Shown: in pieces, positions 8,966-19,701 of the stretch
How the letters are laid out: each line of letters opens with the position of its first letter
Numbering within the stretch: the first letter of the stretch is position 1
Virus record (IMG/VR): IMGVR_UViG_3300050331_000115
Coordinates: 1-61,963 of that record
From: a virus
Lineage: Duplodnaviria > Caudoviricetes
Length of the DNA stretch: 61,963 nt
Strand: one strand, 5' to 3'
Program-made: the position numbers and the translations under genes
Notes under the pieces: model-generated
The model's database searches: none
The model's input: the letters and a program-made list of their open reading frames with translations, nothing else
What the model was told of the DNA's origin: nothing

Positions 8966-9679
8966 ATGATCGCTTCGTTCAGCAACAACTTCATCTTCAT
9001 CAAGACACGCAAGACTGCCGGGACCAGTATCGAGATCGTCCTCAGCGCATGGTGCTCCGGTAGGGACATCTGCACGCCGATCAGCGAAGCGGACGAGGCT
9101 ATGAGGGCAAACTACGGCGGATCGCCCATCAACTATTCTCGTGGGCTGATCGCCCGCCTGCTGCGCCGCCGCGACTTCTACAACCACATGCCGGCGACGG
9201 ACGTCCGCGCGGCCCTGCCGGCGCTTTGGTCATCAGCGATCACCTTTGCTGTCGACCGACACCCCTATGAAAAGGTCGTGTCGCTTGCGTATTTCTATCT
9301 GGGTAGGAGCCATGGCATCGATAATGTCACCGACGAGTTGCTGTCAGAACAGATCTCGACGGTGGTCGGCACGAAGAAATATCTCAACTTCCCGCTCTAT
9401 ACGGAGAACGGCTCGGTGATCGTTGACGAGCTTGTGCCCTACGCAGCGGCGTGGAGACAGGTCGAGGACCTGGCACGGCGGATCGGTCGCGAAATGCCGA
9501 CAAAACTGCCCCAGGCAAAGACGCAGTATCGGAAGGATCTCAGACCGGCCGAGGCGATCCTGTCCGATAGGCACATGCGGCAAATACGGCAGGATGCGGC
9601 CGCCGAATTTGACCTGTTCGGGTGGCCTGAGCATTCCACTACTGCCGGGATCAGCGGGCTAGGCTACGCTTCGATGTAG
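8966..9679 (+). CDS. Sulfotransferase-family protein (moron)
   Basis: FIFIKTRKTAGTSIE and DRHPYEKVVS PAPS-binding motifs; antisense to tail operon. Confidence 0.8.
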   Translation: MIASFSNNFIFIKTRKTAGTSIEIVLSAWCSGRDICTPISEADEAMRANYGGSPINYSRGLIARLLRRRDFYNHMPATDVRAALPALWSSAITFAVDRHPYEKVVSLAYFYLGRSHGIDNVTDELLSEQISTVVGTKKYLNFPLYTENGSVIVDELVPYAAAWRQVEDLARRIGREMPTKLPQAKTQYRKDLRPAEAILSDRHMRQIRQDAAAEFDLFGWPEHSTTAGISGLGYASM

Positions 9680-10347
9680 CAGATGCCTTGGCCCCGGATG
9701 GCTGTGCCGCCACCAGGTGCATTAACCGTGTGATCGGCTGGCGCAGCATTGTAGACTTTATAGCTCGCTCGCAAATGTAGTTCCCCGCCCGTGGCACCAG
9801 CATTGTCGGCGACTGCGCTGGCATCGGCGGCCGGCGAGAGTGTCGCGGCAAACAGCGCGAGTTGTGCTACCGCTTCAAGGGCGATGACAACAAGAGGCGC
9901 CTTGCCAGCGCTTGCCCCTGTGGTTTGCGCCGCGAGGTCCTCCCCACCATCATGAACAACCGACCCTTTTGCGTCCCTGTGGTTTGCCTCCGTGCCACCG
10001 CCCGAGAATGCAAGGCAGGCTGTCACCACGTCGCTTTCCGAGCTGAACAGTTGTTGCCCAGCGTCCCCAGCGCCGTCGAGCCGCTTGTAGATGATGCGCA
10101 GCGCATAGTTGTTGGACGATGGATTTGCGCGCGGGATAAATACTGCTTCTTTCCAGCCGTTCGCCAGCGCGGCAGCGGTGGGATCAGAGCTGGCCCTGCG
10201 CGCCCACCCACATGCAACAACGAGGTCGCCGCTGCCTGCACCCGTAGGGACGGCAGTCGCGTCCAAGGTGCTAGTCGTAGAGTCGATGAAGTCGACCGGG
10301 CGCGTCCCGTACGATGCCAAGAGCGCCATATGCGATACCCCGGCCAT
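9664..10347 (-). CDS. Tail fibre-associated/receptor-binding protein
   Basis: TAATG-coupled to tail fibre gene; beta-rich. Confidence 0.6.
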   Translation of the reverse strand: MAGVSHMALLASYGTRPVDFIDSTTSTLDATAVPTGAGSGDLVVACGWARRASSDPTAAALANGWKEAVFIPRANPSSNNYALRIIYKRLDGAGDAGQQLFSSESDVVTACLAFSGGGTEANHRDAKGSVVHDGGEDLAAQTTGASAGKAPLVVIALEAVAQLALFAATLSPAADASAVADNAGATGGELHLRASYKVYNAAPADHTVNAPGGGTAIRGQGICYIEA

Positions 10348-12221
10348 TACGACAGCCCCGCCCCGGATATCATCCACACGGTCGACTGCACCTTGATGGC
10401 CGTCGCGATGCCCTGGGCAGCGAGGGTGCGGGAGCCAGTGGTCCCGGCCCCGGCGAAGACCAGCGTATCGGTGTCGATTGCGATGGTGAGCGTATTGATC
10501 CGGTTCACGAAGGTGATCGCCGTCCCAACCGGGAAGGCGACGGCCGCATTGGCGGGGATGGTGAAGGTTCGAGGGTTGTTGTCCGTCGAGGGGTGCAGGA
10601 CGTGCTTTTGCGCATCGCCGAGTACCAGCGTGTAGGCTGCGCTCTGGCTGGTCTGCGGCATGTTCGGCAGCACCGGCACGCCGCCCACCGCGAGCCCGGC
10701 AAATGATGGGCTGTCCGCGATGCCCAGCCCCGAAACGTCCGCCTGGGCGATGGCGAGCGCCGTCTTGAGCGCCGCCACGCTGATCGTCCCGGTGAGCCCG
10801 GCGACGGACTGCACCAGGTCGGTGGGGCTCAGCAGCTCCTTCCAGTCGGCCAGCGTCGAGGGGCTGTTCGTCGAGAGGATGAAGCACTTGTTGATGTCGC
10901 TGCGGATGGCAACGTCGCCCTTTTCAGCGACCAACGCCAGCATCGCCGCCTGGCTCGCCACCACGAAGGTATCCGTGATGGCCAGCGCAGGCAGCACCGC
11001 CGTGTCCAGCTTGCCGCTGCCGTCCAGGACCGGGATGTTGCCGGCGGCCGTGCCCGTATCCCCGGCAGCCGCCGTGCCCAGATCGCCTGGCTGCACCGCA
11101 CTGTCGGCAAGCGCACCTTGGGCCGCCGTGGCGAAGTCCGCCGCTGACGTGCCGCTATCCTTGATCAGCTTGCCGGTTGCGAGGTCGAAAGCGGCGAAGT
11201 TCCCGTCGACGGCGCCGGCCGGCCCCACGACGTCGCCCGTGCCGGAGCCCGATGGGCCGCGCACGTCGATGCCATCGCCGATGAGGTCGACGAGGCCGGT
11301 CGCCCCCACATATTTGCCGGTGGCCGGCTTGGCGCCCTCGCCGCCGGTCCAGTCGACCACCTGCTGCACATAGCGGGCCCCATCGGCGACGATCGCCAGC
11401 ACCGGCGTCCAGCCGTCATTGCCGGTCGCGCCGGTCGGCAGCACGAGGTTGAGCGTCTGGTTCGGCGCCGCGCCGGTGATCGTCGCATCTGCGGCGGCTC
11501 CGCCCGTGACGGTGCCAATAGCGAGGCTGTTGGCCGGGCCGGGGTCGCCCTGGATGCCTTGCGGCCCGACGATATTGGCAACCGCCGCACCCCATGCTCC
11601 GGCCGCCTTGGGGCCGTACACGTCGCCCGTCGTCGTATCGAGGTACATGTCGCCGTCGGCGCCGGTCGCGCCCGCCGGAGCGCCTGCAGCGGCCAGCCAA
11701 ACGACATTGGTGCCGGTGTCGCCCTTGGCGCCCTCCATCGGCTGTCCGGCATCCCAATCGCCCGAGGTGGCGCTGAGCTTGGCATAGAGCGTCCAGGCCG
11801 TGGCGAGCGCCCCGTCGCCATTGAGCGACAGGAAGATGTACCCGGCCGGCTTGTCGTCATAGGCCGCCCGGTCGGCGAACAGGCCGAAGGCGTCGGGCTG
11901 GATGCCGAGGGCGTCCAATTGGCCCAACTGCTCGAGGTAGCGCCGCGTCTGTGCAGTGGAGCGCTCCACAGCGCCCACGAAGCGGACCTCGAAGGGTGCG
12001 CCCACCATGCTCGCCCCGGGCCAGCCCACCGCCAGTTCGCCTGTTCTGGCGGCATAGTCGACGCTGGCGATGCGCTGCGCCGGCACCAGCGGCTGAGCCG
12101 GGTCGCCATACAGGTCGCCCGCCATCACGACGGGGGACGCCTCAGACCCGAGCGAGACCGAGAAGGTGACGGTGGTTCCGCCGGCGGCGACTGAGGCGGT
12201 GCCAATGTCGTAGTAGGTCAT
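10347..12221 (-). CDS. Tail fibre protein
   Basis: G/A/T-rich, collagen-like GPQGIQGDPGP, position after tail tip gene. Confidence 0.85.
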   Translation of the reverse strand: MTYYDIGTASVAAGGTTVTFSVSLGSEASPVVMAGDLYGDPAQPLVPAQRIASVDYAARTGELAVGWPGASMVGAPFEVRFVGAVERSTAQTRRYLEQLGQLDALGIQPDAFGLFADRAAYDDKPAGYIFLSLNGDGALATAWTLYAKLSATSGDWDAGQPMEGAKGDTGTNVVWLAAAGAPAGATGADGDMYLDTTTGDVYGPKAAGAWGAAVANIVGPQGIQGDPGPANSLAIGTVTGGAAADATITGAAPNQTLNLVLPTGATGNDGWTPVLAIVADGARYVQQVVDWTGGEGAKPATGKYVGATGLVDLIGDGIDVRGPSGSGTGDVVGPAGAVDGNFAAFDLATGKLIKDSGTSAADFATAAQGALADSAVQPGDLGTAAAGDTGTAAGNIPVLDGSGKLDTAVLPALAITDTFVVASQAAMLALVAEKGDVAIRSDINKCFILSTNSPSTLADWKELLSPTDLVQSVAGLTGTISVAALKTALAIAQADVSGLGIADSPSFAGLAVGGVPVLPNMPQTSQSAAYTLVLGDAQKHVLHPSTDNNPRTFTIPANAAVAFPVGTAITFVNRINTLTIAIDTDTLVFAGAGTTGSRTLAAQGIATAIKVQSTVWMISGAGLS

Positions 12222-12281
12222 TCTTGCCTCGACTGGTTAGGGGGCATTAGTGGAAGGAGGCGGCGACCGGGTGCGATGAAG

Positions 12282-12494
12282 TTACCGCCGCGCCTCAATG
12301 ACGAAGATGGGGCCTTCCGGAGGCGCTTTCGGCGGCGCGGGTACATCGTCGGTAACCAGCCGATATCCGACGAGGTGGCCGATCATCACGCCCTCGTCAT
12401 CGGCGATCTGGTGCTCCAACTCGCTCAGCGGGGAGACGGTCACAAACCGCCTGATCTCTCCGGTTGCCTTTTCGTAGATGGTGAACTGGTACAT
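12282..12494 (-). CDS. Small tail-associated protein
   Basis: 70-aa ORF between tail tip and fibre genes. Confidence 0.55.
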   Translation of the reverse strand: MYQFTIYEKATGEIRRFVTVSPLSELEHQIADDEGVMIGHLVGYRLVTDDVPAPPKAPPEGPIFVIEARR

Positions 12495-12498
12495 TGGC

Positions 12499-15483
12499 CT
12501 ATTTCTTCGCGTAGCTCACGAGGAGGATCATCCCCGAGTAACTGCTCGTCGCAGTGATGTTCGTCCACATTTCGAGACGATAGGTGTAGCTGCCAGCGGC
12601 AGTCGGAATGTCGAGGCGCGATATGTTGAGCGGGGCGTCAACGGCACCGCCTGAACCCGACTGGATTCTTGCTCTGCCAATCTCCACTTCCACCCCAGTT
12701 GCGTTGTTCTTGCGATGGGCCACCGCAAGGAGTTCCCCCGGAGTTCCGGTCGCTGGGACGTGCCCATTGCCTTGGACGACAACCTGCACAACGCCGCTGA
12801 CATAGGAGCTCAGCGTCACAGTGGCGTTACGAGGGGACTCGACGTACTGAAAGTTCGTGTCGTCAGACAGGGTGGTGGAGATGGTGACGGTGACCGCGCC
12901 CTCTGCCAGGTTGATCGTGTCGACCGCGAGGGTGCCGATTTTGGCATTGGTGATGGCGGCGTTAGCGATCTTCGCTTCTGTGATCGCTGCGCCGGCGATC
13001 TTGGCCGAGGTCACTGCAAGGTCGTCGATCTTGCCAGCCGTCACCGCAAGGTCCGCTATCTTGGCCGTCTCGATAGAGGCGTCCCCGATCCGGGCCTTGG
13101 CAATGGTCGTGGTCCCCGCCGCGAACAGCGCAGCAACGGTGCCCCCGCCATCCGTGGTGATGACGGTCTGGCCGGCATCCAGCACGATGCGGGAGACGCC
13201 AAGGTCGCTCACTTCCAGGTAGATGCCGGCGGAGGCGAAGGCGGCACCGTCGACCGACAGCTGCAGCGCCCAGCGTGCGGCCACGCCCGCGGGGGTGGCG
13301 ACGGCCTCCCAGCGCACCAGCACCTCGGCCGTGCTGCCGCCCATGGCTGCGTACAGCGACGACAGCGCCGTCGCGATCGCCCCGCCCGGGCCGATGGCAG
13401 TCTCTATCACCTCATCGAAGCTGGCGCGCAGGTCGCCCATTTCGACAGCGATCTGCCGCGCCAATACCTGCCGCAAATTGTAGTTGGCCAGGCTCTCCTC
13501 TTCGAGGATCGTGCCGAGCCGCTTGAAGCCTTCGAGCGCCTGTCGGAGGCCGCCCTTGACCCAGTCGAGCTGCTGCACCACGTCCGCCGCGATGTCGGCC
13601 AGTTCGATGCTGATGTCCCTTGCGCCAAGCTTAACGTCGGGCGTCGTGACGGCGAGCCACGAAGACCACTCGGTGTCCCTGTTGCTGACAGGGACGTACT
13701 TGCCCCGCACCTCATAGGCGGTGTTCGGCAGGAACACGGGCGGCAGCGGCGCCGTCGACGCCGCCACATCGAGTATTTCGCCAGACGTGACGACGACGCC
13801 AGTGCTGGCCAGACGAACCTGATATGCGACGGCTCTGACGTCCGGCTGATCGCCATCCCATGAGATGCGGATAGATGGCCGGCGTTCCACACCGTCGTCG
13901 TCGAGTACAGCCTCGCCGACGACAGACCATGCGACCATCGGCTGCGGCGCGGGCAGAACCCGCGTAACCGGGCCATCGACCGGCGCTGTGTAGTCCGTGG
14001 CTTGGTCCCAGTCGTAGTCGACCGGGTCCACCTCGGTGATGTCGACCATCACGTCCAAGTCGCCGCGGTCGACAATGCCATCGACGCGGAACAGCTTGAC
14101 GGCATAGCCGTTGCGATCGCTGGTCCAGTCGATGATGTCGCCGGGCTCGAGTGCGAACGCTTCCGGTGGCAGAACAAATGTATGCCTGCGTGCGCGGCGC
14201 GCCTCCGCAAGGGAGGACTTCATTAGCCGCTGCACCTGCCCCGGATACGGCACGAGATCCAGCGACACGTCGGCCATCAGGCGGCGGTTGCCGTCAAGCG
14301 CCTCGTACGAGGCATTGTAGAGCGGCGGCGCAACCTTCTGGTTCCAGCCTTCGGCCGGTGACGGATGGCTGGCCGAAATGCCGTTGATCGTGTCGGCAAG
14401 ACCGAAGAACGGCGTGAATGTCTGCTCGTCGGTCGAGATGATGTCGTCGTCGCTGAACGAGAACACCGACGCACCGGGTTCTCCGACATGGACCTTGTAG
14501 ACTCCACCAATCTCGGCGAGACGCCCTTGGCAAGTGGTCAGTATCGCCTCAAGGGCATCGGCTATGGGCGCGCCAACTGTGATCTCGCCGCCAGAGCGGT
14601 ACGTGGCCTCTGCGCCCTGCGGGCCAGTTACCGTCGCGCGGCACTTCTCGATCTGCGCGATCCAGTGGGCGTTCGGCAGGCGCGCGGACGGGAGATTTTG
14701 CAGGCCGTAAAGCCAAGCGCCGCCATAGGTGACGCCGCGCAGCAGGTTGTACATCTGGACAACGGGCAGATGGTCGCCGTCGCCGCCCCATGTTGAGGGA
14801 TCGGCCCACCGCTGCACACCGACACCACCAGCCGTCGTGTCCTTGCTCGGGTCGTAAAGTTTGGCGCCGTTGAGGGCGAACTTGAACTGCGGGAAGCCGG
14901 TGAACAACGTCTCGTTAACGCGCGCCGTCACGATCGCATAAGCGCAACCAACGCCAACCCTGGTGGAGGCGTAGGGGCGCTCCACGGAGGCCACGGTGTC
15001 GGCGAGGAACGCGTCGGCTGTCGTTTGCGTGCCGTCGTAGAACTTCACCCAGAGGTGGTCGACGCCGTCTTTGCTGTATTCGACGACAGGGTAGCCATAA
15101 CTTGCGTGCAGGGCGGCATCGAGCGTAACGAGCTCGCCATTGACCCAAACCTGCGCCAACCCGCTGACGGGGTAATCGGACAGGCAAATGACCTGCGTCA
15201 GGTAGGCATTGTCCGCCTGGTTGGCTGCGCCCCATGTGTTCGCATAGACGAGCGAACCGGCAGTTGCGCCATAGCCGAACATGATGCTGCGCGGCAGCGT
15301 ACCGCCGGCCTGGAGGCGCCCCTGCACACCGAAGCCGGGCTTGTCCGAGTTCTTGCCGGACACAGACTGGGCGATAAGGTTGACGGCAATCCCGGCAGCG
15401 ACCTGGAGTGCTGCAGCAGTCGCAAGCGCGGCGAACGTACCGGCGCCAAAAATTGCCGCCCCGATCGCGGTAAAGACAGCCAT
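12499..15483 (-). CDS. Tail tip/host-specificity protein (lambda J-like)
   Basis: 994 aa, GAKLYDP, LEPGDII, FN3-like region, repeated ITxAKI motifs. Confidence 0.88.
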   Translation of the reverse strand: MAVFTAIGAAIFGAGTFAALATAAALQVAAGIAVNLIAQSVSGKNSDKPGFGVQGRLQAGGTLPRSIMFGYGATAGSLVYANTWGAANQADNAYLTQVICLSDYPVSGLAQVWVNGELVTLDAALHASYGYPVVEYSKDGVDHLWVKFYDGTQTTADAFLADTVASVERPYASTRVGVGCAYAIVTARVNETLFTGFPQFKFALNGAKLYDPSKDTTAGGVGVQRWADPSTWGGDGDHLPVVQMYNLLRGVTYGGAWLYGLQNLPSARLPNAHWIAQIEKCRATVTGPQGAEATYRSGGEITVGAPIADALEAILTTCQGRLAEIGGVYKVHVGEPGASVFSFSDDDIISTDEQTFTPFFGLADTINGISASHPSPAEGWNQKVAPPLYNASYEALDGNRRLMADVSLDLVPYPGQVQRLMKSSLAEARRARRHTFVLPPEAFALEPGDIIDWTSDRNGYAVKLFRVDGIVDRGDLDVMVDITEVDPVDYDWDQATDYTAPVDGPVTRVLPAPQPMVAWSVVGEAVLDDDGVERRPSIRISWDGDQPDVRAVAYQVRLASTGVVVTSGEILDVAASTAPLPPVFLPNTAYEVRGKYVPVSNRDTEWSSWLAVTTPDVKLGARDISIELADIAADVVQQLDWVKGGLRQALEGFKRLGTILEEESLANYNLRQVLARQIAVEMGDLRASFDEVIETAIGPGGAIATALSSLYAAMGGSTAEVLVRWEAVATPAGVAARWALQLSVDGAAFASAGIYLEVSDLGVSRIVLDAGQTVITTDGGGTVAALFAAGTTTIAKARIGDASIETAKIADLAVTAGKIDDLAVTSAKIAGAAITEAKIANAAITNAKIGTLAVDTINLAEGAVTVTISTTLSDDTNFQYVESPRNATVTLSSYVSGVVQVVVQGNGHVPATGTPGELLAVAHRKNNATGVEVEIGRARIQSGSGGAVDAPLNISRLDIPTAAGSYTYRLEMWTNITATSSYSGMILLVSYAKK

Positions 15484-15511
15484 CGATTACACCTGGGATT
15501 CTGGCGCCGGC

Positions 15512-15973
15512 CTACGGCTGCAGCGCCTTGATAAAATGTGTCTCTGCCTGCGAGTAGCCGCGGCGCTCGTAGATGAGTGATGCGCGGAGGAACGCAGCGA
15601 GCGAGGCGACGCCGACGAAGGCACATCGCCTCTCCGCCGCCCATGCCTCGTAGGCATCGAGCATGCCGCCAGACATTCCTCGATGTTCCGGCGCTACCCA
15701 CCACGCCAACTCCTGCGCGATGCGGAATGGGCCGAGAGGACTGTTGCCGCTGGTGGCCAGCAGTACGCCTACGGCGGCCCCGTCGACGTCGAGGATGAAC
15801 GCTGCCTTATCCGGTTGTTCGCAGTGCGCCTGAAACAGCCCTGCGGCCCACGGGGCGCTAAATGGGAACGGCATGGCGCTCGCGGTGTGGAAGTTGCGCA
15901 GCAGCCCGACGACGTTGGCGCGGTCGGTGATCTTGCCGCGGCGGACTACAGGAAGCCGAGGAAGTTGTTCCAC
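15512..15973 (-). CDS. GNAT-family acetyltransferase, start uncertain
   Basis: AQELAWWVAPEHRG and LIYERRGY. Confidence 0.7.
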   Translation of the reverse strand: MEQLPRLPVVRRGKITDRANVVGLLRNFHTASAMPFPFSAPWAAGLFQAHCEQPDKAAFILDVDGAAVGVLLATSGNSPLGPFRIAQELAWWVAPEHRGMSGGMLDAYEAWAAERRCAFVGVASLAAFLRASLIYERRGYSQAETHFIKALQP

Positions 15974-16626
15974 CCGAACAGCCCCTTCTTCTGCGTCTCG
16001 ATCTTGCCATCCGACGCGCCCCACTTGATGTCCCAATCTGCAACGACCGTAGCGTCGACGAAGAAATCGTCGGTGGCCGAGCGTTGTTTTTGGCTCTCGT
16101 GGGATCGGGTGTCCGGGTTGGAGCGCAGCATCTCCTGAGTGTGCGAAGCGCAGGTCAGGATGACCGCGCCCTCCTCATTTTCCGAGGCGGTTCGTATCTC
16201 GACTTCATCGGCGAAGCCGACAAAGCGCGGTACGGCCGGCGCGACCAGAAGCCGTGTGTCCGGGTCGAACATCCCACGGAATATTTCGACACGCGCCTGG
16301 CGCACGTCGTATGTTCTGATCAGCGCCTCGACGCGGTCATCGACCTGCGACATGGTTATGGTGACGCGCTGCACCGTCACGTTGCTGACGAGCGGTATGT
16401 CGCTGACTTGCACCAGCGTACCGCTGCCGTAGAACGTGCGCGAGACGGCCATCCCTGTATCTGGGTCGATCACTTCGGCGGTGACGTTCCCGACGTCTGA
16501 CCACATGCCGTCCGTGACGGGGGCGCCGGTGCTGCGATCGCGCGCGACGATCCACAGGAAGTCACGCGCAACGAGTGCGCGGGCAGCGAGGGCCGTTGTG
16601 ACGTTGGCTTCGAGCGATCGGGCCAT
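15946..16626 (-). CDS. Minor tail/baseplate hub protein
   Basis: Position after distal tail gene; FYGSG, RFVGFAD. Confidence 0.75.
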   Translation of the reverse strand: MARSLEANVTTALAARALVARDFLWIVARDRSTGAPVTDGMWSDVGNVTAEVIDPDTGMAVSRTFYGSGTLVQVSDIPLVSNVTVQRVTITMSQVDDRVEALIRTYDVRQARVEIFRGMFDPDTRLLVAPAVPRFVGFADEVEIRTASENEEGAVILTCASHTQEMLRSNPDTRSHESQKQRSATDDFFVDATVVADWDIKWGASDGKIETQKKGLFGWNNFLGFL

Positions 16627-16639
16627 GGTTCCTCTCGGT

Positions 16640-17284
16640 CTAAATGTACTGCGTGGCCTCGAAGGCAATCTCGCCGCGCCCGACCCGATTGACTGACTTT
16701 GCCAGCGTGCCTTGGTCGATCGTCATTAGACAGAACGGTCGCTTCACGCTGACCACGTCATTTACGGCGAGTCCGACCGGCAGGTGCGGACGAACTTCAA
16801 ACTCAGAGGTGGTTCCGGTTCCATCGGCCGTCGCCGCCTCCATCACCTGGAATAGTTGGTACTTATCGGCCGAGTAGTTAACTGAGATGAAATCCCCCAC
16901 GCTTAGCGTGTAACCAACCGGAAGCAGGTCAAGTTTCAGGGACTTGTTGCTCGCGCCGACGGTGTGGACTATTGCGCTAGCACCATCGAACGAAGCCCCG
17001 GTTGGCCACGACCCGTTCGGATAGAGAATGGGGAATGACCGGAAGGACGGGGAGCCCTTGAACGTTTTCTCGCCGCCGTCCGTCGAGAGCAGCCGAGCGT
17101 ACCAGTAGTCCAGCACGCTCGGCTTCATTTCACGCGACGTGTAGGTGGCCCGCCATAGCGGCGTTCCCATATCCTTGACCCTGGTGGCGCCGCTCGCCTG
17201 ACGCGAGATTTCCTTACGCCAGAGTAGGTCGAACACGTTGGTGCCCGGCCAGTCGGCGATGTCGAGCGGGAAGGTTAGTGCCAT
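16640..17284 (-). CDS. Distal tail protein
   Basis: Follows tape measure gene; MALTFPL start, FEVRPHL. Confidence 0.75.
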   Translation of the reverse strand: MALTFPLDIADWPGTNVFDLLWRKEISRQASGATRVKDMGTPLWRATYTSREMKPSVLDYWYARLLSTDGGEKTFKGSPSFRSFPILYPNGSWPTGASFDGASAIVHTVGASNKSLKLDLLPVGYTLSVGDFISVNYSADKYQLFQVMEAATADGTGTTSEFEVRPHLPVGLAVNDVVSVKRPFCLMTIDQGTLAKSVNRVGRGEIAFEATQYI

Positions 17285-17293
17285 GCGGCGCCT

Positions 17294-19666
17294 CTACAGG
17301 TTGCGGGTCTTCTTGGCCTCGCGCACAGCCTTGACCACTTGCGCAGGAAGTTCCGCCCGAGACTTTGCGAGCGCCGTCTCGAGCCGGACGATGGCCGCCT
17401 GGTCGGCGCCCGTCGCGTCGACGGGCTGGTTGACGTTCACCGTGATGCCCCCGCCAGTGCCACCATGCGGCATACGCAGATCGACCGGAATTCGGCGCCC
17501 GTCGGGAAGCGGGACTGCGGCTTCGGGGCCGGCCTCACCGAAGATGGCTGCCGTCTTTGAAATCCCGCCGCTGGCGAACTTCCGCGGCCGGCCATGGGCG
17601 GCGACACCACCGTCCGCAAACCCGAACGCATTGCCGAGCAGCCCAAACGGGTTCGACCCAGAGCCAGTGCCGAAGATGGCATTGAGGCCCATGTCAATGA
17701 GCTTGTTGCCAATGTTAGACAGCGCATTGCCGAGGGCTTCCGCAGCGGACTTGCCTTGCAGCAGGTCGCTGATAAACCCCTGCGTGACGTCGCGCATTGT
17801 GGCAAAGGCGTCGATCGCCTTGTCGCGTATCTCGCCCTGCGCCTCGGCCAGTTTCTTGGCCTCGACGCCGGCCCCGGCGTAGGACTCAGCCAACATGGCG
17901 ACTGCAGCACGCAACTGCGGCGTGATCTCAAGCCCCGCCTCATGGGCGGCGGCCAGCAGTTCGGTCTCGGCCTTGGCGCGCTCGACGGCGAACCCATAGT
18001 CGTTGATCAGCGGGTTGAGGCCGGCTTGAGCCGCAGTCTCGGCTTGGAGCGCTGCGGTGCGCTTCAGGATGGACTCGGTAGCCTTCTCGTATTCGTTCTT
18101 CTTGTCTTTGGAACCGGAACCGCCCCCTCCGCCTGGCAGTTTGCCGCCGCCAGCGCTGTCGCCCGTGCCTTCCGGAGTTAGCCGGATGTTGTCGATCTCC
18201 GCCAACTGGCGGCGGAAGTCTGCCACGCGCTGCTTGGCGGCCTCCAACCTGGCCCTCGCCTCACTGGTAGCGGCGTCGCGGATCGCGCTCGTCGTCGCGA
18301 TCGCTGGCGCTTGCCCGGAAGCGCCGGGGCCAATCATCGTGGCCGCGCCGGACTCGAAATTCTGCGCCCCTAGATCGGCTCTGGCCTCGGCGGCTTCGAG
18401 TTGTGCCGAAGCTTCGGCCAGCGCGGCGTCGGCAGCCGCCAACTGGAGCGCGATCTGCTTCTGCAGCGCCTTGCGGTACTTGTCCGAAGACTCCCGCGCG
18501 AGATCCAGTTTGCTCTGGTTCTCGACGAGCGCCTCGCTGTGCGCGTCTGCCGCCCGCTGCGCGTCAAACTGGGCGTTATACAGCAGCACCATAGCCGCCG
18601 CGGCGGCACCTGCCAGCAGCCCAATCGGGCCGAGCGCGGCGGTGAACGTCACAGCCGTAAGCGTGCCGGCGCGCAGGGCCGTCAGAAACGCACCCAGCGC
18701 AACTGTAGCGGCGCCGATGCCGCCTACGATGGCCTTGCCAGCGAACGCCCCCGCCAGGATCGCGGAGAACTGCACAACGGTGTTGGAGATGTCCTTGAAA
18801 TTGTCGGCGACGTAGTTGAGAGCCTCGATCAGGCCCTGCGTCGCGCCCTCCGCCTGCCCAGCTGTGCCCACATAGGCTATGAACTCGTTTTCGATGCGCG
18901 TGAACGCATCCTGAATCGTGCTCTGGGTACGGGCGAAGGCAGCGTCGATGCCCTCACCGCCAGCCAGGATGGCCTTGAACACGCGGGCGGAAGTAACCTC
19001 GCCCTCGGCGCCGAGTTTCTTGAGTTCGCCGATAGTCACGCCGAATTCGTCGGCGATTGCCTGCGCCAGCAGCGGAGCATTCTCGCGAATGGACCGCAGT
19101 TCGTCGCCCTGCAGGAAGCCAGACCCGATGGCCTGTCCCAACTGGATAAGTCCCGCCGCCTGCTCCTGCGCCGATGCGCCACCGGCCTTGAACGACCTCG
19201 ACACAATATCAGCCGCTCGGGCGACTTCTAACTCGGTGGCGGCAACGCCAGGTGACACGCGCAACAGGCGTGAATAGAGGTCGACGTACTCAGCAAACTC
19301 GACACGAGCGCCGTTGGCGCTCGTCTTCAACTCGTCGAGGCTGCGCCCCTCAATACCAGCGACCTGAGAAGCTGCGGCAACCTTGTTCGACGCCTCCGTC
19401 CAAGCATCCGAAAAGCGGACGATCTCGCGCACGCCAAGCGTGCCAACAACAGGGGCGATAAAACCCTGCAGCCTACCAAGCGACCCACGAACGGAAGCAT
19501 TCAACTTCTCGAACGACGCGGCATTGCGCGCGTTCATCTGCTCAAATCGGCGCTCTGTAGCCGCGGCGAACCGATCTATATTACGGTTGACTTGTACGAG
19601 GGAGTTCTGGAGCTTTTTTGACTGTGCTTCTAGGACAATTACTAGCTTAGTGGCGTCAGTTGCCAT
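17294..19666 (-). CDS. Tape measure protein
   Basis: QLGQAIGSGFLQGDELRSIRENAP, Ala-rich helices, GEAGPEA. Confidence 0.93.
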   Translation of the reverse strand: MATDATKLVIVLEAQSKKLQNSLVQVNRNIDRFAAATERRFEQMNARNAASFEKLNASVRGSLGRLQGFIAPVVGTLGVREIVRFSDAWTEASNKVAAASQVAGIEGRSLDELKTSANGARVEFAEYVDLYSRLLRVSPGVAATELEVARAADIVSRSFKAGGASAQEQAAGLIQLGQAIGSGFLQGDELRSIRENAPLLAQAIADEFGVTIGELKKLGAEGEVTSARVFKAILAGGEGIDAAFARTQSTIQDAFTRIENEFIAYVGTAGQAEGATQGLIEALNYVADNFKDISNTVVQFSAILAGAFAGKAIVGGIGAATVALGAFLTALRAGTLTAVTFTAALGPIGLLAGAAAAAMVLLYNAQFDAQRAADAHSEALVENQSKLDLARESSDKYRKALQKQIALQLAAADAALAEASAQLEAAEARADLGAQNFESGAATMIGPGASGQAPAIATTSAIRDAATSEARARLEAAKQRVADFRRQLAEIDNIRLTPEGTGDSAGGGKLPGGGGGSGSKDKKNEYEKATESILKRTAALQAETAAQAGLNPLINDYGFAVERAKAETELLAAAHEAGLEITPQLRAAVAMLAESYAGAGVEAKKLAEAQGEIRDKAIDAFATMRDVTQGFISDLLQGKSAAEALGNALSNIGNKLIDMGLNAIFGTGSGSNPFGLLGNAFGFADGGVAAHGRPRKFASGGISKTAAIFGEAGPEAAVPLPDGRRIPVDLRMPHGGTGGGITVNVNQPVDATGADQAAIVRLETALAKSRAELPAQVVKAVREAKKTRNL

Positions 19667-19701
19667 GTAATTGTCCTATCTATACTTGCGCGGGTTCGGC
19701 C

